64,000 nt of DNA, from NCBI GenBank assembly GCA_037305845.1, contig CP147778.1:960001-1024000 (forward strand), read 5' to 3'. Numbering within the stretch: position 1 is the first letter of the stretch; the number at the start of each line of letters is the position of its first letter. A program made the translations under genes and the position numbers. This document shows positions 1 to 10,251 of the stretch, one piece after another. Below the pieces are notes generated by a model, which was given only the letters and a program-made list of their open reading frames with translations, did no database searches and was not told where the DNA came from. This DNA is from Candidatus Freyarchaeum deiterrae (GTDB lineage Archaea > Asgardarchaeota > Jordiarchaeia > Jordiarchaeales > Jordiarchaeaceae).

Positions 1-55
1 GCCTCCCACATTTCGCACAAATATTTGGAGTTTTTTCATCTGTTTTCTTACTCAT
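1..55 (-). CDS. 5' end of a Cys-motif protein running off the window edge (MSKKTDEKTPNICAKCGR...)
   Basis: ATG at 55 preceded by a GAGGTGA SD on the minus strand; CxxC begins; truncated by the window. Confidence 0.6.
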   Translation of the reverse strand, partial: MSKKTDEKTPNICAKCGR

Positions 56-393
56 TATTTTCACCTCAATAATTAAAAAATAATTAGTTTGGTATCGCGT
101 ATTTTGTGATAAATCTCGACCCACAATGTGGACAAATATTAATTGGAGCGAGTTCCTCAAAACTTTTTCCACATTTAAAACATTTCTAGTAAAATTGAAT
201 CTTTCCCATTTCATTTCACATCCACTATTCATTAATAATTAATATCTAAAAATTATCATAATAAAAAAAAGATGATTTATTCTGTCTCAGTTTGCTCTTC
301 AAGTTCTCAATTAGAGTATTAATGAGATTCTTACCATCTGGTGTCTCCCCGCGTCTCCAACAAAGACTCTCATTTATTTAAAAAACAAGATAA

Positions 394-951
394 TTAACTT
401 TGAGTAATGCCTAGATCCATCAACGTCTTGAGCACGTTATCAACGGCGGTGTAAATCTCCTCCTCTTTCTTCGCACCTGTAACGACTAGTTTACCGGTGG
501 TGAATAGGAGTAAGACAACTTTGGGGTCTTTCATTCGGTATATGAGTCCTGGAAATTGCTCCGGTTCATACATGACATCGGAGAGCGTATAAGCTGCAAG
601 CTCTAGATTGAGGGGGGTTCCCAGACTCGCGGAAGCCACAATGTTCTGAACTTGAATCACTGGTTCCTTGGTCGTTTCAACGATTCCCGCCTCTCGCAAA
701 TCAGCCAGTATAAGGTCAACCGCTCTATAAACATCCTTCGCGCTTTTACTTCCAGTGCACACCATTTTGCCTGAGCTGAAGATTAGTGTGGCTGTTTTTG
801 GTTTTTCCAGTCGGTAGACGAGACCTGGGAATTGTTCTGGGTCGTATTCTACGTTTAGTTTGGAACTTGTTATTTTTTTAAGGTCTATTCTTTGGTCTAT
901 GGTCACTGATGCGACTACATTCTCTATGTGGACGTATTGTACTTTTGGCAC
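394..951 (-). CDS. tbp: TATA-box-binding protein
   Basis: Two TBP repeats: NVVAS/NIVAS, YDPEQFPGLVYR/YEPEQFPGLIYR, LIFSSGKMVCTG/LLFTTGKLVVTG. Confidence 0.98.
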   Translation of the reverse strand: MPKVQYVHIENVVASVTIDQRIDLKKITSSKLNVEYDPEQFPGLVYRLEKPKTATLIFSSGKMVCTGSKSAKDVYRAVDLILADLREAGIVETTKEPVIQVQNIVASASLGTPLNLELAAYTLSDVMYEPEQFPGLIYRMKDPKVVLLLFTTGKLVVTGAKKEEEIYTAVDNVLKTLMDLGITQS

Positions 952-1000
952 ATGTGGTCCCTTGTAGGAATTTAAACTAGAAGAATTAATAGGGTTTTAA

Positions 1001-1008
1001 CTTATAAA
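1001..1008 (-). promoter_or_regulatory. Putative TATA box of tbp (TTTATAAG)
   Basis: Matches the archaeal TTTAWA consensus about 50 nt upstream of the tbp start. Confidence 0.4.
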
Positions 1009-1182
1009 TTTGTGCATCCATTATGGATTCATAGTCACATTTTGGTAAAGAATTGCTGAGGGATTTAAAAATCTTACATATGTTAGATTGTTTTTTGCTA
1101 TTGGTTTGGTTTGGGTTTACGAGAAATGTGTGTCGGTTGTTCGGGGTTTAGTTGGTTGGTTATTGGTTTTTGAAGCAGTAAA

Positions 1183-2388
1183 TCATTTTTTTGTGCTTCT
1201 TTTTTGTGGTTTGTTCTGTTGGAGTTTTTTGGTGATTTGTTCTAGGTCTGTTAGGAACTGTTCTATGTGTTGTGTTTTTATGTGGGGCATAACGACTATG
1301 CGTAGAGTGTTTGTGAATTTTCCTAGGGACCATTTTAGTTTTCTTAGTTCTTGGTCGATTTGGCAGATGTCTAGTTTTTTGGAGGTTATTCCTAGTATGT
1401 TTATGACTGGTTTGGTTGCTAGTTCAATGTCTTCTATGTGTTCTATTCCTTTTTCCAGCTGTTGTGTTGCGTTCATGCAGCTTTTTACGATTTTTGTGTA
1501 TCCTTCTATTCCCAGATGCTTTAGTATAGCCCAGGTAGCTATTACGGTTGCTCCGGAGCGGGTTCCGAGTATTATGGGGTGGGTGTAGGTTCCTCCAGCT
1601 AGGTATGGGATTTCGAAGCAGTTTTCTTGTACGTATGATTGGTTTTTGAATATGATTCCTCCTGCGGGGATGGGGGCGAGTCCCATTTTGTGGGGGTCTA
1701 TAGTTATAGAGCTGACTCCATTGTTTCTGAAGTCGAATTTGGGAAGTTTATAGCCCAGTCGTTCTAGGAAGGGAAGTACCATTCCTCCGAATGCTGCGTC
1801 TACGTGTAGGTAGAGGTTGTTTTCGGTGGCGATTTCTGAGAGTTCTTCTATGGGGTCTACTGTTCCAAGGGCGGTGGTGCCAGCTACTCCTACTATTGCT
1901 ATCGTTTTTTCGCTGATGGCTTTTTTGACTTCGGAAACTTTTATTCTGTATTCTTGGTCAAGTCCGATTCGAATTAGACGGAGGTCCATTAGGTCAGCAG
2001 CCTTGTCAAAGGATACGTGCGCGGATTCAGGGATGATTACTTCCAGTGTTCCACTTTTGCCTTCTTTTCTTCCAATGTTTCTGGCGATTCTCATAGCTAC
2101 AATGTTGGCTTCAGTACCTCCGCTCACAACGTAGCCACAGCTCTCGGGATTGTTCAAGAGCTTGCCTAGCATTTTTACTGTTTCTACCTCTAGCTCTTGT
2201 GTCCCCTGAAAAAGACCCGGATCTCCCAGATTTTTCTCTGTATAAATCATCATGATTGACTTTGCTAGTTCATGCGGGGTGGTGCACATGCTTCCCAGAA
2301 TTTTTCCAGACTCATAGGTCAAATCCTTGTTGAGCCTCTCGCTTAGTTCTTCGAGGATTTTTTCTTGTGAAATTCCTGTTTGCTTCAA
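1183..2388 (-). CDS. mfnA: PLP-dependent tyrosine/aspartate decarboxylase MfnA (beta-alanine supply for CoA)
   Basis: ILGSMCT, NLGDPGLF, SGGTEAN, LHVDAAFGG, SITIDPHKMG (PLP Lys), GTRSG; CoA gene context. Confidence 0.93.
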   Translation of the reverse strand: MKQTGISQEKILEELSERLNKDLTYESGKILGSMCTTPHELAKSIMMIYTEKNLGDPGLFQGTQELEVETVKMLGKLLNNPESCGYVVSGGTEANIVAMRIARNIGRKEGKSGTLEVIIPESAHVSFDKAADLMDLRLIRIGLDQEYRIKVSEVKKAISEKTIAIVGVAGTTALGTVDPIEELSEIATENNLYLHVDAAFGGMVLPFLERLGYKLPKFDFRNNGVSSITIDPHKMGLAPIPAGGIIFKNQSYVQENCFEIPYLAGGTYTHPIILGTRSGATVIATWAILKHLGIEGYTKIVKSCMNATQQLEKGIEHIEDIELATKPVINILGITSKKLDICQIDQELRKLKWSLGKFTNTLRIVVMPHIKTQHIEQFLTDLEQITKKLQQNKPQKRSTKK

Positions 2389-2405
2389 TTATTCTCACAC
2401 CTTTT

Positions 2406-3338
2406 TTAGCTGTTTTTTGTTGTTCTTTTTTCCAATCCTTTTACCAAAGCGGTTATTAGATCATTCACTGGTGTTAGAACACCGTGTTTTTTTCCGTATC
2501 CGGATATAGCTCCGTTTATAAAGTCGATTTCAGTGCGTTTTCCTCTCTCGATGTCCTGTAGCATTGAGTTTTTGTTCTGAGCAGTTCCCCTTGCCACCTC
2601 AAAAGTTTTTTCCACAGGGTCAGAAAGTAGGTTGACCCCGAGTTTTTCGGCAACTTTCATTCCTTCCAGTACCAGTTCCCTCATGCTTACCACTATTTCG
2701 GGAACCTCTAAGAGTTCACCGTTCTTTAAACCGGTGAGGGCGCCGAAGGGATTTATTCCTGCATTCACGAGAGCCTTCTCCCAAACTACTCCAGAAATAT
2801 TTTGAGCTATACTTGTTGGGAGTCCACTCTCTGAGATCATTCGGGCAATACTATCCACTTCGGGGGTGTTAGACCCGTAGCATCTCCCGATGATGGTCTC
2901 ACCGGTTCCAGTGTGAATGATTTTTCCGGGTTTTTCTAGTATCGCACCGTTGGTTGTTATCCCTCTAATTACCTTTTCCTTTCCGATTATGCGGGCTGCT
3001 ATTTCTCCATTACCCAGCCCATTCTGGAGGCATATAACCCAAGTGTTTTTACCAATTAGGGGGCCGGCATCGATTACTGCCTGTTCGGTATCGTAAGCCT
3101 TTACTATAATTAAAACCAATTCTACTACACCAACTTCAGAAGGCTTGAGAGCGATTTTGGCTCTAATGTAGTGGTCGCCGCTAATTCCGGTTATTTGTAA
3201 CCCGTGTCTCTTAATAGCATCCACAACGGGTTTCCTGTCAATTAGTGTCACGTCTACTCCGCTTTCGGCAAGAAATCCGCCGAACAGGCTGCCCATAGAC
3301 CCGGAACCCACGACAGCTACCTTCAATGCTTGCACCAA
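2406..3338 (-). CDS. panE: 2-dehydropantoate 2-reductase
   Basis: GSGSMG Rossmann motif, VKAYD, LQNGLG, WEKALVNAGINP, SMLQD, TEIDFING. Confidence 0.95.
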   Translation of the reverse strand: MVQALKVAVVGSGSMGSLFGGFLAESGVDVTLIDRKPVVDAIKRHGLQITGISGDHYIRAKIALKPSEVGVVELVLIIVKAYDTEQAVIDAGPLIGKNTWVICLQNGLGNGEIAARIIGKEKVIRGITTNGAILEKPGKIIHTGTGETIIGRCYGSNTPEVDSIARMISESGLPTSIAQNISGVVWEKALVNAGINPFGALTGLKNGELLEVPEIVVSMRELVLEGMKVAEKLGVNLLSDPVEKTFEVARGTAQNKNSMLQDIERGKRTEIDFINGAISGYGKKHGVLTPVNDLITALVKGLEKRTTKNS

Positions 3339-3531
3339 ATTTTTAAAAAGTCGCTTTTTAACAGAATCCTTTTTTCAGAATTTTATACAGACTCATATAC
3401 AACTATAAAATATTAACAATACTATCTAGGTTTGGAAAGTGGGGGTTATTAGAAAAATGTTTTGGGACGAAGGTTAAATATCTTTTTAATGCAAAATTTT
3501 GCAGAATTTCTTTTTTAGTAATTGGACTTAC

Positions 3532-5442
3532 CTATTCACTTTTTGTTTCTCTAGTTAGAAGTTTAATAACTGAGGGATACTCTTCCATTTGCTTATGGGG
3601 TATATACATGGAGTTCACAAATTCCTTTTGGAAGTCCGGATCTACGGCTAGCTCTACGTATTGCAATTTCTTCGAGAGGCTGTATGCTTTTTCTCGGGTT
3701 TCCTTGGAAGTTAGACACATTTTGGCTCCGGTAACAGCCGTGTTTCCTACGAATTTGATCTTTTCCGTTTGTATATCAGGCAACATACCAAGAATCTTGG
3801 CGCTTAGAGGATCTATGTGGTATCCGAATGCTCCCGCTACGTAGACGCGATCTAAATCTTCTTTTGTGTATCCCCTTCTTCTCATGGTTATGGCTACTCC
3901 CGTGTGTATAGCGCCTTTTGAGAGTTGTATTTCCCCTATATCCGCTTGTGTTATTGTAATCTCCTTGCCTGTGGCGGTTTCGTTACCCCAAGCGACAACA
4001 AACTCTTTCTGACCATTTTTTTGGACTAATCGTTCACTTTCTATTTTGTTAAAGCGACCCCTGTTATTGATTACTCCAGCTCTGAATAATCCAGCTATTC
4101 CATCTAGAATCCCTGAACCGCAAATACCTACGGGGGGTTCATCATCTATTGTTTTGTAGCCTATCTCGAGACTATCTGAATCAATTTCAATTTTTTCGAT
4201 TGCTCCTGTGACGGCTTTCATTCCGTATTTTATATGTGCTCCTTCAAAAGCCGGTCCAGATGCACATGAACATGATAGTATATTTTCACTATTTCCCACA
4301 AAAACTTCCGTGTTAGTTCCCACATCAATTAGAAGCGAACGCTCTTCGCTTTCACAAACACCCGTAGCAATAACATCTCCAACCGCATCAGCCCCCACAA
4401 AACCAGCTACACACGGCAGAACATACACGTTTACTTCTGGCTCAACAGCAAGATTCAAATCCGAGGCTTTTACGTTTAGAGGACTTTTTACAGCAGGAAC
4501 AAATGGGGTATAAGATACATATTTTGGTTGAATCCCAAGAAAGAAGTGATGCATAGCAGTGTTTCCCACAACGGTGAGTTCATAAATGTTCTTGGTAGTT
4601 ATACTCCTACTGCTACACGCTTTCTCCATCAAGGAATTTATGGCACCCACAGCTAGTCTCTGAAGTCTCTGTAGGTTTTTTTCGCCCTCAATAGTGTATG
4701 AAATCCTCGTCAAGAGATCCTCACCATTTGCTATCTGAGGATTTTCGACTGACACCATTTCCTCGGTCTCACCGTTCAATAGATTCACCAGATATCCCAC
4801 AATTTTGGAGGTCCCAATATCTACTGCAAACCCGTAGAGAACATTTGAAGTATCTCCGGGTTCTACAGCAACCAGCTTTTTGTCATTCCAAACGACTGCG
4901 GTGACATCCCACTTTTTTTCTCTTAAAACATCGGGTAGGTTACTGAGTAATCTCTGACTCAGTTCCGGTTCGGGAACCTCATACTCACCCCTTAGAGCTT
5001 CAAGCAACCTCTCAGCATCCGGCCTAATATCATTCAGAGTTGGCTTCGGTAAAACCACATGAAACTTTTTTATTAAAGGCTCCAGCTTTACCGGCAGCTC
5101 CATTCCTGTAATCTGAATACTACGAACCCTTATCCGCCCCTCTTCCGGAATCTCGACCACCAAGTCTCCTTTAACCATTGCACAGCATGCGAGACGATAG
5201 CCTTCAGATATCTCACTTTCCGACAGGAGTTTCTTTTCAGCGTCAATCAATTCAGTAACGCAGTTTTGATCCTGTATAATTACCCGACATTTACCGCATG
5301 TGGCTTTTCCACCACATTCTGATCTTATGCCGATTCCCGATTCTTCAGCGATGTCTAAAATTCTCTGATTCGGATCAGCGACGACTTTCCTCCCTTCGGG
5401 CTCAAACTTAACAGTAATTTTCCTCAATGATATGAACTCCAT
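3532..5442 (-). CDS. ASKHA-domain ATP-dependent corrinoid reductive activator (RACo/DUF4445) with N-terminal 2Fe-2S domain
   Basis: CGGKATCGKC...RLACC ferredoxin; DIGTS, VGNTAMHH, DVGTNTE, SGPAFEG, GICGSG, AGAFG. Confidence 0.9.
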   Translation of the reverse strand: MEFISLRKITVKFEPEGRKVVADPNQRILDIAEESGIGIRSECGGKATCGKCRVIIQDQNCVTELIDAEKKLLSESEISEGYRLACCAMVKGDLVVEIPEEGRIRVRSIQITGMELPVKLEPLIKKFHVVLPKPTLNDIRPDAERLLEALRGEYEVPEPELSQRLLSNLPDVLREKKWDVTAVVWNDKKLVAVEPGDTSNVLYGFAVDIGTSKIVGYLVNLLNGETEEMVSVENPQIANGEDLLTRISYTIEGEKNLQRLQRLAVGAINSLMEKACSSRSITTKNIYELTVVGNTAMHHFFLGIQPKYVSYTPFVPAVKSPLNVKASDLNLAVEPEVNVYVLPCVAGFVGADAVGDVIATGVCESEERSLLIDVGTNTEVFVGNSENILSCSCASGPAFEGAHIKYGMKAVTGAIEKIEIDSDSLEIGYKTIDDEPPVGICGSGILDGIAGLFRAGVINNRGRFNKIESERLVQKNGQKEFVVAWGNETATGKEITITQADIGEIQLSKGAIHTGVAITMRRRGYTKEDLDRVYVAGAFGYHIDPLSAKILGMLPDIQTEKIKFVGNTAVTGAKMCLTSKETREKAYSLSKKLQYVELAVDPDFQKEFVNSMYIPHKQMEEYPSVIKLLTRETKSE

Positions 5443-5473
5443 GGTGTGAGAAAAATCTCTTCGTGGTTAAATT

Positions 5474-6250
5474 TTAGGGAATGTTCATGCCTTTCTCAGC
5501 AATTTCGGTGAGTCGGTTTCGGATTAGTTTTAAAACTTCTCCCAAAACTTTTTTGTTATCATAATTTTTGAGTATCTTGTTGAGTTCTTCTTTTTGAGCA
5601 TCCTTTAATTTCTTAACCTCCTCGATTAGGAGAGACATACATCTGACTTGGTTGTCAACGATGGTAATGCTTGCTAATTGTGCGGTTCTACTCAGAGGGT
5701 TAAGATCTACTGCGATAACCGTTTTTCCCATCTTCCTCAAGGCTTGAGTCCTGTCGCCGTCCTCTATTGGTACTAGAACAGTGTCGGCAATTAGGATTCC
5801 TCTCGTGTCAACAACCCTTCTTACGCTTGAAATTTCAGGAATTTCACCATTAGCAGTTTCTCCTACTCCCAGAATTTCTTTAGCTCCCGCCTCTTCTAAA
5901 ACTCTTTTAATGGCTTCCAAGCGTTCAGGACTTCTGTAGAAAATATTGGCCTCTATTTTGGCTCCTGAAACTTCAGCGAGTTCCACTATTTCGTGGGGAG
6001 TAAGAGCCGCAGAGTTTCCATTAACACTAATGACGGGATACTGGGATGATAATAATGCCGCAGCCGCTGCTCTAATAGCCTTCTTGGCGGGGGGAGTTGT
6101 TACCTCTCCTAAGAGGTAGTCGAAAGCTTCTCCTCTACCTTGGGCTATTAATCCAGCTTGTGCAACAACATTTTGCTCCATCCCGTGTATTATTTTATGT
6201 CTTATTCTTAAGGATTCGGCACGAGGATGGCTGTCTGGAATTTCGCTCAA
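5474..6250 (-). CDS. pps: 4-phosphopantoate--beta-alanine ligase (phosphopantothenate synthetase)
   Basis: IPDSHPRAESL, GRGEAFDYLLGE, ISVNGN, EDGDR, DLNPLSRTA; start overlaps the pantoate kinase stop. Confidence 0.95.
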   Translation of the reverse strand: MSEIPDSHPRAESLRIRHKIIHGMEQNVVAQAGLIAQGRGEAFDYLLGEVTTPPAKKAIRAAAAALLSSQYPVISVNGNSAALTPHEIVELAEVSGAKIEANIFYRSPERLEAIKRVLEEAGAKEILGVGETANGEIPEISSVRRVVDTRGILIADTVLVPIEDGDRTQALRKMGKTVIAVDLNPLSRTAQLASITIVDNQVRCMSLLIEEVKKLKDAQKEELNKILKNYDNKKVLGEVLKLIRNRLTEIAEKGMNIP

Positions 6251-7185
6251 CAGGTTTGCCCTCCTTGAATTATTCTAGCTCCTATGTTGTCGATTTTTGT
6301 AACAAAAATAATTCCTTCAGGCATACACTCTTTAAAAACATCGCAAGCATCATTTGAATCTTTCTCACTAACAAAGCAGAAAACGGACTGCCCCAACATA
6401 ACCATACTGCAATACTCGAATCCAGCGTCTTCAAGACTCTTGATTGTGTTTATAACGGTTGGGGAAGCCAAACCGGTTTGCATAGTGAATTTTTTTGAAA
6501 GAGATATTAAATTATCAATAGAGGCTTCATTCAAAAGCTCTTTCACTAGCATTTCTCCTGCTTCGTTAATCTTTTTTCTTTTCTCCGGGTTAGAAAGAAC
6601 CTCCTTTGTTTCCAGAACCCCCACAGAACCGCAAACCACATCAAAGTCACAAACGGAGGGTATAATGTCTATCTGCCCGTATCCAGGCGCACCAGGCTTA
6701 ACTCTTATTTCCAATCCACCCCTGTTTGCGCCGATAACATCTCCCAAGCCAGTTTTATGAGTGACTTCTGCAATATGAGCCAACTGTGCACTATTGTTCT
6801 TGGTTAGTCCCAAATTTAGGGCTTGATTAAGGGCGAGGGCAGTGCTCAGAGCTGCCGCAGCACTAGCTCCGTATCCCGCTCCTATGGGAATCTGCATTTC
6901 CTGCGTGATTTGTACATCGTATTCCTGATTGTGTTTCTGAAGAGCCAAATCCAGCGCTAATCCGACTACAGTTTGTGTCACATTTGCTTCACGTTTTTTG
7001 CCATCAATAGATATCTCCACATACGTATGATCCGAAGGAGTTACCCGCACTTTGGTTATAACCCCTCTTTGTATGGAGAACCCTGCACCCTTTGAGCCCT
7101 TTAACAGAGGATCTATTGGTGCGTCACAGATTTGGAAAAATGCAGTAATATGTCCCGGCGAGAAGGCTTTCGCTTCGATAGCCAA
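6247..7185 (-). CDS. pok: Pantoate kinase (GHMP family)
   Basis: AFSPGHITAFF, GSKGAG, PIGAGYGASAA, AHIAEV, TGLGDV, MLGQSVF. Confidence 0.93.
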   Translation of the reverse strand: MAIEAKAFSPGHITAFFQICDAPIDPLLKGSKGAGFSIQRGVITKVRVTPSDHTYVEISIDGKKREANVTQTVVGLALDLALQKHNQEYDVQITQEMQIPIGAGYGASAAAALSTALALNQALNLGLTKNNSAQLAHIAEVTHKTGLGDVIGANRGGLEIRVKPGAPGYGQIDIIPSVCDFDVVCGSVGVLETKEVLSNPEKRKKINEAGEMLVKELLNEASIDNLISLSKKFTMQTGLASPTVINTIKSLEDAGFEYCSMVMLGQSVFCFVSEKDSNDACDVFKECMPEGIIFVTKIDNIGARIIQGGQTC

Positions 7186-7526
7186 TTTTACTTACCTCCG
7201 TTTTTAAGTTGTTAAATTTGATTAATTCTAAAGAGGATAATAGTCGCGAGCTTTTTATTATCTTTACAAGAAAAACAAACAGAAAATGAGAATAAAAAAG
7301 GTTTACCCTAAAAAATTGGGCGCCCCAATGTATCATTCGATAAATATAAAGGCACACACTGTTTAGAAATTCATAGAATATGTATATTTGAAAGAAACTA
7401 AATATTTCCAGTATTTTATGGCGAATCCGTTCTTTCTGTGCCATAAGCTTAAATATCGGGTGAATCCGTAAAAACGCAGAGTACCATGAGCCATTTGGGT
7501 ACTCAAAGGAAGTTCGGGGTAATAAT

Positions 7527-8828
7527 TTGCTGAGTAAACACACGTCTAAACAAATTATCGGAACCCAAAGCGAGGTTCTAAAGGGAAAGAATGTAGTTAT
7601 CTGTATCTCGGGCAGCGTAGCGGCTGTAGAATGCCCCATAATAGCAAGGGAGCTTATGAGAAACGGAGCAGAAGTTTATGCAGTTATGTCGCCAGCAGCC
7701 ACTAAACTTATTTCCCCGGATCTAATGGAGTGGGCAACTGGAAACCCCGTGGTAACCCAATTGACGGGAAAAGTTGAGCATATATCCCTCGCCGGCATAC
7801 ACCCCGACACAGCTTCGTTAATTCTGGTCGCTCCAGCAACTGCAAACACGATTAGCAAAATTGCTCACGGAATAGATGACACACCACCCACAACCGTGGT
7901 AAGTAGCGCTCTGGGTGCCGACATCCCCATATTAATCGTTCCGGCTATGCACGAGTCCATGTACCGCCATCCAATCATACTTGAAAACATTAACAAGCTA
8001 AGATCTTTAGGTATAGAATTTATAGGTCCAAGGTTTGAAGAGGGAAAGGCGAAGATTGCTCACATAGATACAATAGTGGCGCATATTATAGAGATTTTAA
8101 CCAAACCCAAAGATATGAAAGGTTTAAGAGTGTTAATCACAGCGGGTCCAACCAGAGAATACATAGACGCTATTCGGTTCATTAGCAACCCTAGTTCTGG
8201 CAAAATGGGGGTCTCCCTCGCGATAGAAAGTATTCAGAGGGGAGCAGAGGTAACCATGGTGTACGGGCCTGGTGATATTGAACCTCCGCCACTTGCTAAG
8301 GTTATAAGTGTAGAGTCAACGCAGGATATGCTTGACGCTGTGGTTTCAAGTCTAAAGAGAAAGCATTACGATGTAATGATTTCCAGTGCAGCAGTCAGTG
8401 ATTTCGCTCCCGATAAGAAAATTGATGCAAAAACGCCTTCAAGTAAAGAGGAATTCATGGTTAGATTAGTTTCGTTACCTAAGATAATTGATCAGGTGCG
8501 AGATGTTGCTCCAAACATTTTTCTAGTGGGGTTTAAGGCTGAATATAAACTCTCTGAGGAGCAGCTTATGAGCTCTGCATTGAACAAAATTAAGAAAGCT
8601 AACCTAGACCTTATAGTTGCTAATGATGTTTCACAAGAAAATGCAGGATTTGCATCTAATAACAACGAGGTTTATGTTGTTGACAAAAATGGTGAAGTGA
8701 CTCATATTCCCCTGAATCCAAAACGCGTAATAGCGTCTAGAATTCTAGATATCGTTGTTAAAAAGTATAACCAAAAACTTTTGGAGATTCAAAAAAGAAG
8801 TCTTAATCCAAAAGAAATCGCGGAATAA
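7527..8828 (+). CDS. coaBC: Bifunctional phosphopantothenoylcysteine decarboxylase/synthetase
   Basis: SGSVAA, APATANTISK, PAMHESM, TAGPTREYIDAIRFISNPSSGKMG, AAVSDF, VGFKAE, IVANDV. Confidence 0.97.
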   Translation: MLSKHTSKQIIGTQSEVLKGKNVVICISGSVAAVECPIIARELMRNGAEVYAVMSPAATKLISPDLMEWATGNPVVTQLTGKVEHISLAGIHPDTASLILVAPATANTISKIAHGIDDTPPTTVVSSALGADIPILIVPAMHESMYRHPIILENINKLRSLGIEFIGPRFEEGKAKIAHIDTIVAHIIEILTKPKDMKGLRVLITAGPTREYIDAIRFISNPSSGKMGVSLAIESIQRGAEVTMVYGPGDIEPPPLAKVISVESTQDMLDAVVSSLKRKHYDVMISSAAVSDFAPDKKIDAKTPSSKEEFMVRLVSLPKIIDQVRDVAPNIFLVGFKAEYKLSEEQLMSSALNKIKKANLDLIVANDVSQENAGFASNNNEVYVVDKNGEVTHIPLNPKRVIASRILDIVVKKYNQKLLEIQKRSLNPKEIAE

Positions 8829-8830
8829 GT

Positions 8831-9103
8831 TTATACTTGTGCTGCCATTAGAATCACTTTTACGAAGTCTTTGGGCTCAATGCCCACTAGTGATATCTTC
8901 TTTTTCTTGAAGAATTTGGAGACTGTATCACTCACTTTTTCAATATTTACTCCTAAGAGGATTTTTTCAAGTTCTTCAATTTCTTCTTCGGGGTGCATGT
9001 AAAAATCTCCACTTATGCGTATCTCACTTATTTTTTCATTTGATATCTTTACTTTAGCTTCCACCAGCTTCCCATTTGGAACTTTAAACTCGGCTGAACC
9101 CAC
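8831..9103 (-). CDS. Stand-alone lipoate-protein ligase C-terminal domain (LplB-like)
   Basis: KVPNGKL, ISGDFYMHPEE..EELEK signature. Confidence 0.85.
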   Translation of the reverse strand: MGSAEFKVPNGKLVEAKVKISNEKISEIRISGDFYMHPEEEIEELEKILLGVNIEKVSDTVSKFFKKKKISLVGIEPKDFVKVILMAAQV

Positions 9104-9107
9104 TCTT

Positions 9108-10058
9108 TTATTCCTCCTCCTTAGATTTTATTGTAATTAGGATTTCTTCTCCCTCACTAAGATTTAATCTTTCTCTTTTCTTAGGTATGAGTTTGATGAG
9201 AGGCTTTTTTAAATTCAGGTACAGTGATAACCCTCTCAAAACGGTTTCTTCACAGTTTATTGAGAGCGATTCAAGTTTTATCGCCGCCATATTTCGCTGT
9301 TTCTCAATCACATTACCGATATGAAGATCGCCTATGAAAACCTTTTGACCCAAGTCAAAATCGTTTTTTTCCAAGAGAATGCCTCCAAACCCGTAATGAG
9401 GCAGCCCACAATCAAGGAGTCCGAGCATATTATTTAATCTAGTTACAAAACCATAAAACATTCCCATATTAATAATCACCTGCCTGCTGGGCTCTACCAT
9501 TGCGTAGTCTGTTAGAACATTAACCACTTTGCATTTGAAACTGTTATCCGGTTCAGAATAGCCTCCCTTTTTTAGGGATAGAAGATGTATGGGATAGCCT
9601 CCCTTAGCTCGCACAGCATCCCCTGGGTCTCTTACTTCTACGTGTATGTGTGGATCTGTCCAATAATTAAAAAAGCCGCTCCTAATTAGTGTCCCCATAC
9701 AGTCCCCCACATCCAGATTCTCCCCAATTTTTACTTTGGGATTAACATGCAGTATTTTAATTAGATAATTTGGGTTCTCTTCGCTTTCGAGAATAATCAA
9801 ATAATCTGTTTCTTCGGCATCGAAATTTTTACGTATTGGTGCTCTAACTTTCCTAATACTGGTTACCTTTCCAGGAGAAGGACAGGGAGCCTCTGCTCCA
9901 AACTTTCCCGGGCCGAGGTAAATGTCGGCGGCGATTCCATGATTATGTGCATAATAGGGAGAATTAAACAGTGACATATACTCAAAGCTATCTAATAAAT
10001 AGAAATAAACACCACAACTCTCAGCTAGTTTTATTCGCTTGGACAAAGGCCACACCAA
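9108..10058 (-). CDS. Conserved archaeal hypothetical protein with M23/LytM-like metal motifs
   Basis: SPYYAH..GIAADIY, P.PGKV, ILHV.P.V..GE....GD..G, TDPHIHVEVR (HxH). Confidence 0.6.
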   Translation of the reverse strand: MVWPLSKRIKLAESCGVYFYLLDSFEYMSLFNSPYYAHNHGIAADIYLGPGKFGAEAPCPSPGKVTSIRKVRAPIRKNFDAEETDYLIILESEENPNYLIKILHVNPKVKIGENLDVGDCMGTLIRSGFFNYWTDPHIHVEVRDPGDAVRAKGGYPIHLLSLKKGGYSEPDNSFKCKVVNVLTDYAMVEPSRQVIINMGMFYGFVTRLNNMLGLLDCGLPHYGFGGILLEKNDFDLGQKVFIGDLHIGNVIEKQRNMAAIKLESLSINCEETVLRGLSLYLNLKKPLIKLIPKKRERLNLSEGEEILITIKSKEEE

Positions 10059-10251
10059 TTAGAAATGTTATTAAGGGCGAAATATTCTCCATTGTACTGA
10101 ATTATGCTCTTCCCAACTAATTTATTATCATATTAAGAAGTTAGGAATTTTAAACAGAATAAAATGGAAAAATGATATTTGACAAGATTTTTTGTCTACA
10201 ATAAAATTAGCTCCAAAAAAATGTTTCCCTACGATTCAGGTGTGATAAAAA

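Noticed and set aside
1088-1588. Antisense shadow ORFs (also 6284, 28903, 37494, 41898, 48653, 61354 and others)
   Set aside because: They overlap confident genes on the opposite strand or arise from stop-poor G/T-skewed sequence
7124-7639. 171-aa minus-strand ORF
   Set aside because: Spans the pok/coaBC divergent promoter, overlaps both genes and has a non-protein-like composition
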